From: a candidate division WOR-3 bacterium
Lineage (GTDB): Bacteria; Hydrothermota; UBA3072; B12-G15
Reading direction: 5' to 3'
Length of the DNA stretch: 28,635 nt
NCBI GenBank assembly: GCA_965649055.1
Contig: CBFGJG010000025.1
Coordinates: forward strand, 1-28,635
Shown here: piece after piece, positions 14,259 to 23,946 of the stretch
Numbering within the stretch: the stretch's first letter is position 1
How the letters are laid out: each line of letters opens with the position of its first letter
Notes under the pieces: generated by a model
The model's database searches: none
What the model saw: only the letters and a program-made list of their open reading frames with translations
Told to the model about the DNA's origin: nothing
Position numbers and translations under genes: made by a program

Positions 14259-14542
14259 ACAAATATGAAGGTCTTATTATAATAGACCCAAGGCTTGAAG
14301 AAGAAAAGATAAAAAAAAGAATCGATGAATTGAAGAAAATGATCGAAGAAAGAGGAAAGATTGAAAATATCACAGACTCAGAACCATGGGGCAAAAGAAA
14401 ACTTGCCTATCCAATAAACAAATCAGAAGAAGGATACTATGTGCTAATTGAATTTACAGGTGATGGACAACTTGTTGAAGAATTAAAAAAACATCTGATA
14501 ATAGGAACAGACTATATGAGATTTATGTTTTTGCGGAGATAA
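14255..14542 (+). CDS. rpsF: 30S ribosomal protein S6
   Basis: KYE...I.P, WGKRKLAYPI and GYY motifs. Confidence 0.96.
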   Translation: MNKYEGLIIIDPRLEEEKIKKRIDELKKMIEERGKIENITDSEPWGKRKLAYPINKSEEGYYVLIEFTGDGQLVEELKKHLIIGTDYMRFMFLRR

Positions 14543-14543
14543 T

Positions 14544-14984
14544 ATGAATAATATAAAATTACCATACATAAATAACGCATTTTTAATTGGTAGAGCCACA
14601 AAGGACTCAAGACTTCTATTCTCAAAGAATGATGTCCCTTTCTGTATGATAACCGTTGCTAACAATAGAAGATACAAAGATAAAAAGACGGGTGAATGGG
14701 CAGAACAGACTAATTTTATAAATGTAAAAATTACTGGTCCTTTAGCCCAGGATGTCTGTGACAGGATAAAAAAAGGGACACCTTTATATATTGAAGGTTC
14801 AATAGAAACTTATAATAAGGAAATAGGTGGAAAAAATATAACTCATACTGTTATAAGGGCTAAAAGCGTGAAGATACTATCATCTGATACTATAACAGAA
14901 GAGGAAGAATTCTCACCGCCTGAAATTCCAAATGGGAGTGAACTTCCTCCTGTTGGTGAGGAAGATGAAGAATTACCATTTTAA
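14544..14984 (+). CDS. ssb: Single-stranded DNA-binding protein
   Basis: N..FLIGR and KGTPLYIEG OB-fold motifs; acidic EELPF tail; lies between rpsF and rpsR. Confidence 0.95.
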   Translation: MNNIKLPYINNAFLIGRATKDSRLLFSKNDVPFCMITVANNRRYKDKKTGEWAEQTNFINVKITGPLAQDVCDRIKKGTPLYIEGSIETYNKEIGGKNITHTVIRAKSVKILSSDTITEEEEFSPPEIPNGSELPPVGEEDEELPF

Positions 14985-14993
14985 GGAGGTATA

Positions 14994-15209
14994 ATGAAAA
15001 ACAAGGATTGTTATTTTTGTTCAAACAATATTAATTATATTGACTATAAGAATATAGACCTATTAAAAAGGTTTACATCTGAAAGCGGTAAAATACTTGC
15101 AGGGAGAACAACCGGAACCTGTGCAAAACACCAGAGGAAACTGAAAAAGGCTATTAAAAGAGCAAGGATAATGGCATTACTACCTTTTGTCGCTAAGATT
15201 TCAAGGTAG
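14994..15209 (+). CDS. rpsR: 30S ribosomal protein S18 (zinc-binding form)
   Basis: [24 protein letters not shown] and KRAR.MALLP motifs. Confidence 0.98.
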   Translation: MKNKDCYFCSNNINYIDYKNIDLLKRFTSESGKILAGRTTGTCAKHQRKLKKAIKRARIMALLPFVAKISR

Positions 15210-15215
15210 GTGATT

Positions 15216-15665
15216 ATGGATGTTATCCTTTTAAAAGATGTGCCAAATCTTGGTAGAAAAGGTGAGAAAAAACATGTGAAAGATGGTTATGCAAGAAATT
15301 ATTTAATACCTAATGGATTAGCACTCCCCTACTCACCTGCAAACCTTAAAAGATTTAAAAGTGAATTTGAACTAAAGAAAGGATACGAAGAAAAAAAGGA
15401 AGAGGAAGCAATTAGATTACAAAAGGAACTTTCAACGGTCACATTAACTCTAAAAAGAAAAATCGGAAAAGATGGTAAACTTTTTGGAGCAATAACATCC
15501 AAGGATATTGCCGATTTACTTAAAGAGAAAAAAATTGAAATTGACAGAAAGGATATCCTCCTGGAAGAGCCTATAAAATCAAAAGGTATTTATGATATAA
15601 ATATAAAGATTTATAAAGACATTCATGCTACATTGAAATTATGGGTTGTGAGTGAAGAAGAATGA
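15216..15665 (+). CDS. rplI: 50S ribosomal protein L9
   Basis: [25 protein letters not shown] and [11 protein letters not shown] 15216 preferred (AGGTGA RBS). Confidence 0.98.
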   Translation: MDVILLKDVPNLGRKGEKKHVKDGYARNYLIPNGLALPYSPANLKRFKSEFELKKGYEEKKEEEAIRLQKELSTVTLTLKRKIGKDGKLFGAITSKDIADLLKEKKIEIDRKDILLEEPIKSKGIYDINIKIYKDIHATLKLWVVSEEE

Positions 15666-16144
15666 AAGAAGTTTATATCTCTGGATTTGGACAGGATGAA
15701 AAAGGAGGTATTGTTATAATTCTTTCAGAAAAATTACCAGGTAAGAAAGTATTACCTATTTGGATCGGAGAATACGAGGCACAGGCTATTGCAAGGGCAT
15801 TACAGAAAGTATCTCCACCAAGACCTTTAACCCACGAACTATTAATAAGCATTATATCAGGTCTTGAATTTACAATTGACAAGGTTGTTATAACCGATTT
15901 AAAAGAGAATACATATTATGCAGTTATCTGGTTAAAAAAAGAAAATAACATCTATCACATAGATTCAAGACCATCCGATGCAATAGCACTTGCTGTGATG
16001 TCAGGAGCACCAATATATGTTGATGAAAATGTTTTGGAAAAAGGTGGAATAGACATTGAAACATCAGAGAAAAACGCACAGGATATAAAGAAATATCTTC
16101 TATCAATGAAACCCGAAGACTTTGGCAAGATAGACCTCAAATGA
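15662..16144 (+). CDS. Bifunctional nuclease family protein (DUF151)
   Basis: [22 protein letters not shown] and [12 protein letters not shown] motifs. Confidence 0.93.
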   Translation: MKEVYISGFGQDEKGGIVIILSEKLPGKKVLPIWIGEYEAQAIARALQKVSPPRPLTHELLISIISGLEFTIDKVVITDLKENTYYAVIWLKKENNIYHIDSRPSDAIALAVMSGAPIYVDENVLEKGGIDIETSEKNAQDIKKYLLSMKPEDFGKIDLK

Positions 16145-16584
16145 AATGTGTAATCCAGAGGGTTAAAGAAGCATCCTGTAAAATTGAAGGGAAAGAAATA
16201 TCAAGAATAGATAAAGGACTGCTGATATTTTTGGGCATACAAACCGATGACAGAAAGGAAGAAGCAGAATACTTAGCGAGCAGGATACCAAATTTGAGAC
16301 TTTTTGAAAGAGACGGAAAATTTAACGATTCTTTAATAGATGTTAATGGGGAAGCACTTGTTATATCACAATTTACATTGTTAGGTAGAACAAAAAAGGG
16401 TTTAAGACCTGATTTCATTCTTGCAGAAAAACCTGATAAAGCAGTGGAACTCTATAAGTTTTTTATAGATGAATTATCAAAATATATACCGGTTAAATCA
16501 GGGATTTTCGGGGCAAAAATGGAAATAAGTTTAATAAATGATGGTCCTGTTACAATAATTATAGACACCCGGGAGAATCTATGA
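16141..16584 (+). CDS. dtd: D-aminoacyl-tRNA deacylase
   Basis: VIQRV, SQFTL, FGAKM and NDGPVT motifs. Confidence 0.97.
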   Translation: MKCVIQRVKEASCKIEGKEISRIDKGLLIFLGIQTDDRKEEAEYLASRIPNLRLFERDGKFNDSLIDVNGEALVISQFTLLGRTKKGLRPDFILAEKPDKAVELYKFFIDELSKYIPVKSGIFGAKMEISLINDGPVTIIIDTRENL

Positions 16585-17426
16585 AAAGTATGACAGGTTT
16601 TGGAAAATCTGTCAAAGAATACAACGGTGTGAGCCTTTCATGTGAATTGACTTCTCTGAATAATAAATATCTTGAAACTGCCTTTAATGTCCCTGATGAT
16701 ATAGAATCTTTCAGGATAGATATGATTGAAATCTTGAAGAAATATATAAAAAGAGGATATATTGAGATAAAAATAGAAATAAGACATAACAAGGATATGG
16801 TGTTTAAAATTGATAAAGAAATGTTAAATTCTTTCATTCCTGAACTCCGCAAGATGATTGACGAATTTTCGCTTGATAGAACACTTGATTTAAAAACACT
16901 CTTTTCAATACCGAACATTTTTAAAAGAGAGAAATTTCAGGAAAAAAATATAATACTGGAACTGCTTGAAGAAGCTGTAAAAGAACTTATCAGATTTAGA
17001 GAAAAAGAAGGTGAAAACATAAGGAAAAGCCTTGAAGAAAAAATTAATTTTATGAGTGATGAGATACAGAAAATAATGTTCGAATCAAATGAGGCATTGA
17101 AAGATAAAAAAGAAGAGATATTTAAAAAACTAATGGCATTAAAAGAACTTGGTTTAAACTTTTCAAAAGAAGATATTGAATTTCTTGGTTTCAGAGGTGA
17201 AATAGATGAAGAGATAATAAGACTCAAAAGCCACATAGACCTTTTGAAAGAAACCTTATATGATGTCAATCCTGTTGGAAGAAAGATAGGTTTTATAATA
17301 CAGGAAATTCTAAGGGAAGTGAATACGATTGGTTCAAAGGCAATACTCCCGGGAACTGTCCACAGGGTGATAAAGATAAAAGAGGTTGTTGAAGAAATAA
17401 GAGAACAATCAATGAATATAGAATGA
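16581..17426 (+). CDS. yicC: YicC/YloC family endoribonuclease
   Basis: MKSMTGFG, EEIIRLKSH, GRKIGF..QE..REVNTIGSK and IREQ..NIE motifs. Confidence 0.93.
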   Translation: MKSMTGFGKSVKEYNGVSLSCELTSLNNKYLETAFNVPDDIESFRIDMIEILKKYIKRGYIEIKIEIRHNKDMVFKIDKEMLNSFIPELRKMIDEFSLDRTLDLKTLFSIPNIFKREKFQEKNIILELLEEAVKELIRFREKEGENIRKSLEEKINFMSDEIQKIMFESNEALKDKKEEIFKKLMALKELGLNFSKEDIEFLGFRGEIDEEIIRLKSHIDLLKETLYDVNPVGRKIGFIIQEILREVNTIGSKAILPGTVHRVIKIKEVVEEIREQSMNIE

Positions 17427-18016
17427 TTATAGTAATTTCAGGACCATCAGGTTCAGGAAAATCTACAATTGTGTCACTCCTAAAAAAAGAAGATTTTTAT
17501 TATTCAATTTCTTTTACAACAAGAAAAAAGAGAGAATCCGAAATAAATGGAAAAGATTATTTTTTTGTGAGTGAAAAAGAATTTAAAGAAATGATAAAAA
17601 AAGGAAAATTCCTTGAATATGCGAAGGTCTATGGAAACTATTATGGAACACTGAAAGAGAATGTGGTAAAAGCATTAAAAGAAAAAAAGGATGTTATTCT
17701 TGACCTTGATACAAAAGGTTCATTGAATGTAAAGAGAATATTTAAAGATGATGCAATTCTCATTTTTATTATTACTGATTCAATTGATACATTAAAAGAA
17801 AGGCTTATAAAAAGGAAGACAGAAAGCAAAGAAGAATTTGAAAGAAGGATAAACGCAGTTAAGAAAGAAATTAAAGATGGGAAAAAATTTGATTATATAA
17901 TACTGAATAAATCTGTTGATGGTGCATTGAAAGAAATAAAAGATATAATAAATTCAGAAAGAAAAAAAGTAAAAAGAAATCTAAATATACTTGAAAATTT
18001 TTTGAAAAATCTATAA
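17423..18016 (+). CDS. gmk: Guanylate kinase
   Basis: SGPSGSGKST, SISFTTRKKRESE.NGKDY and GNYYGT motifs. Confidence 0.98.
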   Translation: MIIVISGPSGSGKSTIVSLLKKEDFYYSISFTTRKKRESEINGKDYFFVSEKEFKEMIKKGKFLEYAKVYGNYYGTLKENVVKALKEKKDVILDLDTKGSLNVKRIFKDDAILIFIITDSIDTLKERLIKRKTESKEEFERRINAVKKEIKDGKKFDYIILNKSVDGALKEIKDIINSERKKVKRNLNILENFLKNL

Positions 18017-18022
18017 AAAAAC

Positions 18023-18050
18023 TTGACATAAAAAAAATATCTTTTATAAA
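18023..18050 (+). promoter_or_regulatory. Possible promoter of the HD-GYP gene (possibly leaderless)
   Basis: TTGACA 18023-18028, 16 nt, TATAAA 18045-18050, ATG at 18059; no SD. Confidence 0.45.
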
Positions 18051-18058
18051 TATGATAA

Positions 18059-19888
18059 ATGGAATTTTATATAAACCATCTTAAAAAAACTCTAAATAAA
18101 ATTATAAAAATAAAAAATTTTATTTTTATTACAAAGGATTTCTCAACTACCAAGAGTAAAAAATTTATTCAGATGTTCAATGAAGCAAAAAATGGTATAA
18201 ACTATACAGATAAGTGGATTATCTATAAAAAAACAAATTCAGGAATACTGATCGAGATTAAAGAAAAGAAGGATAAAAAGAAACTAAAAAATCTTGTATA
18301 TGGTATAAAGCACATATACGAAGATATATATAACTATTATTTGCACCAAAAAATAAATAAAATTATCTTATCCTTACAGGATATAAAAAATTTCTCCGAT
18401 ATCTATAATTTACTTGTGAAAGAAATCTGCGAATCACTCGAGTTTGAAAAAGGTGTTTTCTGCAGATACAATCCTGATGAAAATATGATTTATGGTGTTC
18501 CACCAGGATATGGTGTTCAAAATGAAAATGATATTCTGTCGTTCAGATTCAAACTTGATGAACCATCTGCCGGTAAACATGCAATATCAACCAAGAGTAT
18601 TTATTTTACAAATGACGCAGAGAATGATCCATATATTATCAAGAAATTTGTAAAATATTTTAACGCATATAAAGTAATAATTGTCCCATTTTTCTATGCA
18701 AATAAACTTGTAGGTCTTTTCTATGGAACAAGGAATAAAAGCGGGAAAGACTTAGATGAAGAAATTTCAATTTTAAAGATCCTCTCTTCAAGTATTTCCT
18801 TGCTTTTAAATTACCTTATTGAATCAGAGAAAAGGACAAAAAGAGAAGAAAGTATTCTCGAATTACAAAATGCTAACCTTGCAATTTCATCTGAGATAGA
18901 CATTGACAAGGTCCTATCGCTTATCTCTGAAGAGATTGTAAAACTACTTGATGCCGATGCAACATCCCTTATGATATTTGATAATGAAAAAAATGGCTTT
19001 GTTATAAAAAGTTCCTATGGTTTATCTGAAGAATATGTAAGAAAACAATTTATCCCTTATCAAAATGTGGAAAAATTTATTAAAAATAATTATCCTACAA
19101 TGATCACTGAAGATTTGAGGAAACAATATTACGGAGATAAAGAAATAATAGAAAAGGAGGGGCTTATATCCTGCCTTTCAACAGCGGTAATATCAGAGAA
19201 CAAGCTGATGGGTATTCTGAATGTATATCAGAGAAGACTGAGAAAATTCACAGAAGATGATATACTTATCATAAAGGTCTTTGCAGCACAGGCCGGGGTT
19301 GCTATAAGGAATGCAAGACTTTATGAAAAAATCCTACAGACAACCGAAAGTTTTATAATCACACTTTCAGAAATGGAAGCATTAAAAGACCTTTATACAT
19401 TATCACATTCTGAAAATGTTGCAACACTTGCTTTAAAGATAGGTATGGCAATGGGACTACCACAAAAGATGCTCGATGATATCTACAGGGCTGGCTTATT
19501 GCACGATGTTGGGAAAATAATCGTTGAAAGAAACCTATTGATAAAGCCTGAAAGACTAACAGATGAAGAGATGGAAGAAGTTAAAAAACATGTTGAATTT
19601 GGTAAAGATATAATAGAAAGAATAAGTGAGTTTGAAACAATTACAGAATACATATACTATCACCATGAAAGATATGACGGAAAAGGATACCCCAAAGGTC
19701 TTAAAAACGATAATATTCCACTCGGCGCAAGAATCCTTGCAGTTGCAGATGCAATAGAAGCAATGTTATCAGAAAGACCTTATAGAAGCAGAATGACAAT
19801 AGAAGATGTAAAAAACGAGCTTATAAAAGAAAAAGGCTCTCAATTTGATCCACATATCGTTGATATCGCATTAAAAATCCTTGAATAA
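18059..19888 (+). CDS. GAF-GAF-HD-GYP cyclic di-nucleotide phosphodiesterase
   Basis: Two GAF-like domains; HSENV, LHDVGK, HHERYDGKGYP and RILAVAD motifs. Confidence 0.93.
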   Translation: MEFYINHLKKTLNKIIKIKNFIFITKDFSTTKSKKFIQMFNEAKNGINYTDKWIIYKKTNSGILIEIKEKKDKKKLKNLVYGIKHIYEDIYNYYLHQKINKIILSLQDIKNFSDIYNLLVKEICESLEFEKGVFCRYNPDENMIYGVPPGYGVQNENDILSFRFKLDEPSAGKHAISTKSIYFTNDAENDPYIIKKFVKYFNAYKVIIVPFFYANKLVGLFYGTRNKSGKDLDEEISILKILSSSISLLLNYLIESEKRTKREESILELQNANLAISSEIDIDKVLSLISEEIVKLLDADATSLMIFDNEKNGFVIKSSYGLSEEYVRKQFIPYQNVEKFIKNNYPTMITEDLRKQYYGDKEIIEKEGLISCLSTAVISENKLMGILNVYQRRLRKFTEDDILIIKVFAAQAGVAIRNARLYEKILQTTESFIITLSEMEALKDLYTLSHSENVATLALKIGMAMGLPQKMLDDIYRAGLLHDVGKIIVERNLLIKPERLTDEEMEEVKKHVEFGKDIIERISEFETITEYIYYHHERYDGKGYPKGLKNDNIPLGARILAVADAIEAMLSERPYRSRMTIEDVKNELIKEKGSQFDPHIVDIALKILE

Positions 19889-20003
19889 TGTGGATAACCT
19901 GTGGAAAATTTGTCCAAATCTTATAAGCAATTGATAATCAATAAAATAAACCTAACCCATTATCCACAAAAATATTATTTTTTTGATAAAAATCAACTGA
20001 TTA
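19889..20003. promoter_or_regulatory. DnaA-box and IHF-site cluster (oriC-, datA- or DARS-like)
   Basis: TGTGGATAA 19889-19897, TGTGGAAAA 19900-19908, TTGTCCAAA 19910-19918 and TTATCCACA 19960-19968; exact WATCAANNNNTTR matches at 19924-19936 (minus) and 19991-20003 (plus). Confidence 0.65.
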
Positions 20004-20026
20004 AGAAGGGATTTTGAACTGAAACT

Positions 20027-21106
20027 TCAACCTAAGTCTTTAAGTTCATCTTCTCTGAATGTGAGTAATGGTGGGGTTTCTTCATAGTCTCTACCAGGTT
20101 TATAATCAAATATCTCCCTTGTCTTTTCGCCAACAGAATAGAAAATTCTTTGAAGTTCTATATCTTTCGGGCAGGCATCTTCGCATAATCCACATCCAAC
20201 GCAGGAATGTGACATATGTGTCAATCTCCCAATCTGGAAAAACAGGGTATCTGTTGGCATCTTTGTTCCACCTTTTTTCTCACCCCAAAGGAAGAAATTC
20301 TCAGGTTTGTACTCAAATACAGGCGATTCCCAGAAACATTCCTTACAGAAACATATCGGGCATTGATGCATACAATTATGGCATGTTATACAATCTTTAT
20401 AAAAATTTAAAATATTATCTATCCCGTATACTTCTTTTAAAGTGGCTCCCTTAACTTCTTCCCATTTTTTTGTCCTTCTCTCAATTATATTCTTTATCCT
20501 CTCTTCCCTTTTATTTTCCTCTTTTTCTTCTGTCTCGAAACTTCTAAATATCTCTTCACCAATTTCTGTCTGTGGTATCAGGATTAATCCTTCTTCTATA
20601 CCAAAATATCCCATTATCAAATCTGCATTCTTATTTGGTATAGGGTTTGTGCAGGTCATACAGGATCTTCTTAAATTTTCATCTGTATCTTTTTTTACAT
20701 CCTCTAAAAATGTATTAAATGGTTCTCTTATTTCCTTCAATTTCTCTGTTCCATATGCACCAAAACAGTCAATACCTATTATTATTATATTTTCCCTTTC
20801 AATCTGTTTAAATTTTACGAGTTCAACAAATGCATTCAAATCACAGGGTCTTAATATAACTGCAATCCTTCTCTCACTCTTTTTTGTCCTTGTTATCCTT
20901 TTTATCTCATTTGCAGTAGAAACTGGAAATGAAGGAAAAAAAGGATTCATTAAATCTGTAAATTTTTTATCTGTAAAAAATATAATTGAATAATTCCCAT
21001 TAAATAAGACAGGTCCTACCATGCCATCTACGAGACCTTTTTCAAAAATTCCTTTTATAAAAAACCTTGAAGATTCAATCAAATCACCTTTTCTTATTAT
21101 TCGCAT
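20027..21106 (-). CDS. FdhB/FrhB-like flavin Fe-S protein (F420 hydrogenase/dehydrogenase beta family) with C-terminal 2x4Fe-4S
   Basis: IAVILRPCD, IIGIDCFG, RRSCMTCTNP, CITCHNCMHQCPICFCKEC and SCVGCGLCEDACP motifs. Confidence 0.85.
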   Translation of the reverse strand: MRIIRKGDLIESSRFFIKGIFEKGLVDGMVGPVLFNGNYSIIFFTDKKFTDLMNPFFPSFPVSTANEIKRITRTKKSERRIAVILRPCDLNAFVELVKFKQIERENIIIIGIDCFGAYGTEKLKEIREPFNTFLEDVKKDTDENLRRSCMTCTNPIPNKNADLIMGYFGIEEGLILIPQTEIGEEIFRSFETEEKEENKREERIKNIIERRTKKWEEVKGATLKEVYGIDNILNFYKDCITCHNCMHQCPICFCKECFWESPVFEYKPENFFLWGEKKGGTKMPTDTLFFQIGRLTHMSHSCVGCGLCEDACPKDIELQRIFYSVGEKTREIFDYKPGRDYEETPPLLTFREDELKDLG

Positions 21107-21115
21107 CCTTCCCCC

Positions 21116-21553
21116 TTAAACATTCCATCTTTTCCCAATCTCATTAGGCCCTAATTTTTTAATTGTTTCTGTTATCTCTGTCATAGTCTTTGCGAATTTC
21201 ACACCTTCACTTGCAGATATCCATTTCAGGAATATCCGTTCTTCACCAAGACCCAGTGTCTTAAATATCGTCTTTATTATTTTTATCCTTCTTCTTGTCT
21301 TATAGTTTCCATTTATATAATGGCAATCACCGGGATGGCATCCGCCTACTACGACCGCGTCAGCGCCTTCAAGCAACCCTCTTATAATATATGCAGGGTC
21401 AACGGTTCCTGAACACCAGACCCTTAGGGGTCTTATGTTTGTTGGATATTTCATCCTTGAAGTCCCTGCAAGGTCAGCTGCTGCCGAAGTGCACCAGTTA
21501 CAGAAAAATCCAAGTATTTTTGGTTCAAAACCCTTGTTTTCAGATTCGTTCAT
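21116..21553 (-). CDS. mvhD: MvhD/FlpD [2Fe-2S] adaptor subunit
   Basis: FEPKILGFFCNWC, AADLAG, CSG.VDP, GCHPGDCHY and WISASEG motifs. Confidence 0.95.
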   Translation of the reverse strand: MNESENKGFEPKILGFFCNWCTSAAADLAGTSRMKYPTNIRPLRVWCSGTVDPAYIIRGLLEGADAVVVGGCHPGDCHYINGNYKTRRRIKIIKTIFKTLGLGEERIFLKWISASEGVKFAKTMTEITETIKKLGPNEIGKRWNV

Positions 21554-21561
21554 ATTCCCTC

Positions 21562-23244
21562 CTATAAACCAGCTGGAAGGAATGGATCAAAGTCCTTCCT
21601 GTGTTTCTCAATTGTCTTCAGATTTCTGTATTCAGGTAAGAGTATAGGGCTTCTAAGTTTCGTTTCTATCCCTGCCTCTTTTAATTCCCTTTCGTAATTT
21701 CTGATATGTTCAATGTGTAATTTCCCTTTAAACACCCTTTCCTTTGAAATCTTTGCACTTTCTATTCCAGCCCTTGCACCAAAAACATTGTAATCAAGGA
21801 CTGAATTTCCCATTAGTCTGTTTCTTCCGTGGAGACCTCCAGAAACCTCACCGGCAACAAGTAAATATGGAAGATTCGTATGACAGTGCTCATCATTTTC
21901 TATTCCTCCATTCTGATAATGTAGTGTTGGATAAACAAGCATTGGTTCCTTTCTTATATCAATACCGAATCTCCTGTATTGTCTGAACATCGCAGGGAAT
22001 GCCTTTTCAATCGTCCCTTCCCCCTGAATAAGCTCTATTATTGGAGAATCAAGCCATATACCCACCCTACCTTCAGGTGTCTTTATTCCATTACCGGTAG
22101 CACAAGCCCTTATAAAAGATGATGCCTCAACATCCCTTGGTTCGAGTGGATATACAAACAATTCTCCGTCTTTATTCAAAGGCTGTCCACCAAAGCCTCT
22201 TATCTTTTCTGTTATTAAAAATCCATATATCTGTTCAGGGTATATTGCACCTGTTGGATGGTATTGTGCAGAATCCATATAAATAAGTTTAGCCCCTGCC
22301 CTATATGCCATAACAAGACCATCTGCTGTTGCACCATAATGGTTTGTGGTTGGAAAACCTTTTATATGCAATCTACCAAAACCACCTGTGGTTATTATAG
22401 TCACCTTTGCCTTAACAACAAGATATTCACCTGTTTCCATATCAAAAAGTATTGCACCTGATACCTGATTATCCTCATCAAGTAAAAGTTCTACTGCTGG
22501 ATGGTATTCAAGATATGTTATTAAATCAGGTCTTGATTTTACCTCATCCCTTAAAACCCTCATTATCTCAGCACCTGTATAATCCTTACAGGATAGCATC
22601 CTCCTCCTTGATGTTCCACCACCTGCTGCTGTCTTAAGATTACCTTTTTCATCCCTATCCCAAATAACACCAAGTTCCTCAAGGAACCTCACAATAAAAG
22701 GTGCATCTGTAACAAGTGCTCGGACAAGTTCAGGTTTATTATCAAAATGTCCACCACCAAGAACATCAAGGTAATGTATAGCAGGTGAATCACTCTCATT
22801 CACAGATGCCTGCATTCCACCCTGTGACATCATTGAATTTGCATCTCCAAGCCTCAATTTTGTTGATATAATAACCTTTGCCCCTTCATTAGAAGCCCAT
22901 ATAGCTGCCATACATCCTGCTCCGCCGCCACCTATTATTAAAACATCTGTTTCATAATCAGGTTCACCTATCTCAAATTTATCAGGGTCTATTATTGAAT
23001 GAGATTCAAGAAGCCTCACAACATCTGTTAAAAGCATCTCACCTTTATTTGGACCTATTCTTATTTTAGCCCTTGCATCAGGTTGATAATCAGGATGGTA
23101 TTTAGAAAGAACCTCATCCCTTTCTTCTGCACTCATAGGTTTTAAAAAGTTAATGAGTCCTTTCTTTGCCATCTCAAGCCTTTTGGGCCTTGTCTCTTGA
23201 ACCTTCTTTAAGGACTCATACATATATTCAGGATAACCACTCAT
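21562..23244 (-). CDS. Soluble succinate dehydrogenase/fumarate reductase-family flavoprotein (TfrA-like)
   Basis: DVLIIGGGGAG, TGGFG, QYHPTG, TEKIRGFGG, PRDV, PTLHYQNGG and HGRNRLMGNS motifs. Confidence 0.9.
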   Translation of the reverse strand: MSGYPEYMYESLKKVQETRPKRLEMAKKGLINFLKPMSAEERDEVLSKYHPDYQPDARAKIRIGPNKGEMLLTDVVRLLESHSIIDPDKFEIGEPDYETDVLIIGGGGAGCMAAIWASNEGAKVIISTKLRLGDANSMMSQGGMQASVNESDSPAIHYLDVLGGGHFDNKPELVRALVTDAPFIVRFLEELGVIWDRDEKGNLKTAAGGGTSRRRMLSCKDYTGAEIMRVLRDEVKSRPDLITYLEYHPAVELLLDEDNQVSGAILFDMETGEYLVVKAKVTIITTGGFGRLHIKGFPTTNHYGATADGLVMAYRAGAKLIYMDSAQYHPTGAIYPEQIYGFLITEKIRGFGGQPLNKDGELFVYPLEPRDVEASSFIRACATGNGIKTPEGRVGIWLDSPIIELIQGEGTIEKAFPAMFRQYRRFGIDIRKEPMLVYPTLHYQNGGIENDEHCHTNLPYLLVAGEVSGGLHGRNRLMGNSVLDYNVFGARAGIESAKISKERVFKGKLHIEHIRNYERELKEAGIETKLRSPILLPEYRNLKTIEKHRKDFDPFLPAGL

Positions 23245-23252
23245 TCTTCCTC

Positions 23253-23933
23253 CTAATCCGTATCGAGTTTTATATCACGGGCAAAGTATTTTTTCTTAAG
23301 TTCATCTTTAGGCATCATCATAAGTAACTTTATCTCATTATCAAATTTCCCTTCCTTTATCTCATTCAATCTCTTATCAAGTTTATCTGATTTCTTCTGC
23401 AGATATTTTCCATACAATCTCCTTGCAAGCATAGCAACATGCAATTGTGGTATCTCTGCAGGACATCTTATATTACACAATCCGCACATAATACAATCAA
23501 ATGAAAGTTCGGAAGCAAGTTCCAGGTCTCCCCTTATAGTAGCCTGAACATAGTCCATAACCTGTATTTCCTGTGGACATATCTTTGTGCATGTATTACA
23601 GGAAACACACCTGTAAACCTCAGGGAAATATCTGTTGAATGGTTCATTATTCGGTGTTAACTCATCAATGTTATAAACCTTTTTTTCAGCAGGTGAATAC
23701 GGGACTTGGACAATATGCATACCTGGTTTTACAACAGTCTGACAGCCCAGACCACCATACAATTTATAATCATTTGGGAGCCTGTATAAAGATGCACAGG
23801 CACCGCAGAAACCTTCCCTGCATCCTACGCCTTTCTTCAGTTTAAAACCAGCATATTCAAGTGCAGTTATTATAGTTGAGCCTTCCGGGACAAGATATTT
23901 CTTCCCGTATATATACACTGGAATAAAATTCAT
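23253..23933 (-). CDS. SdhB/TfrB-like iron-sulfur subunit (2Fe-2S plus 2x4Fe-4S)
   Basis: GCREGFCGAC...CQ, CVSCNTCTKICP and CIMCGLCNIRCP; start revised to ATG 23933 (GGAGGTGAT RBS). Confidence 0.85.
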   Translation of the reverse strand: MNFIPVYIYGKKYLVPEGSTIITALEYAGFKLKKGVGCREGFCGACASLYRLPNDYKLYGGLGCQTVVKPGMHIVQVPYSPAEKKVYNIDELTPNNEPFNRYFPEVYRCVSCNTCTKICPQEIQVMDYVQATIRGDLELASELSFDCIMCGLCNIRCPAEIPQLHVAMLARRLYGKYLQKKSDKLDKRLNEIKEGKFDNEIKLLMMMPKDELKKKYFARDIKLDTD

Positions 23934-23946
23934 ATCACCTCCAATT

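Noticed and set aside
18059..19888. HD-GYP protein as part of CRISPR cyclic-nucleotide signalling
   Set aside because: It is more than 15 kb from the cas genes and has a common GAF-HD-GYP architecture; c-di-GMP turnover is the simpler explanation
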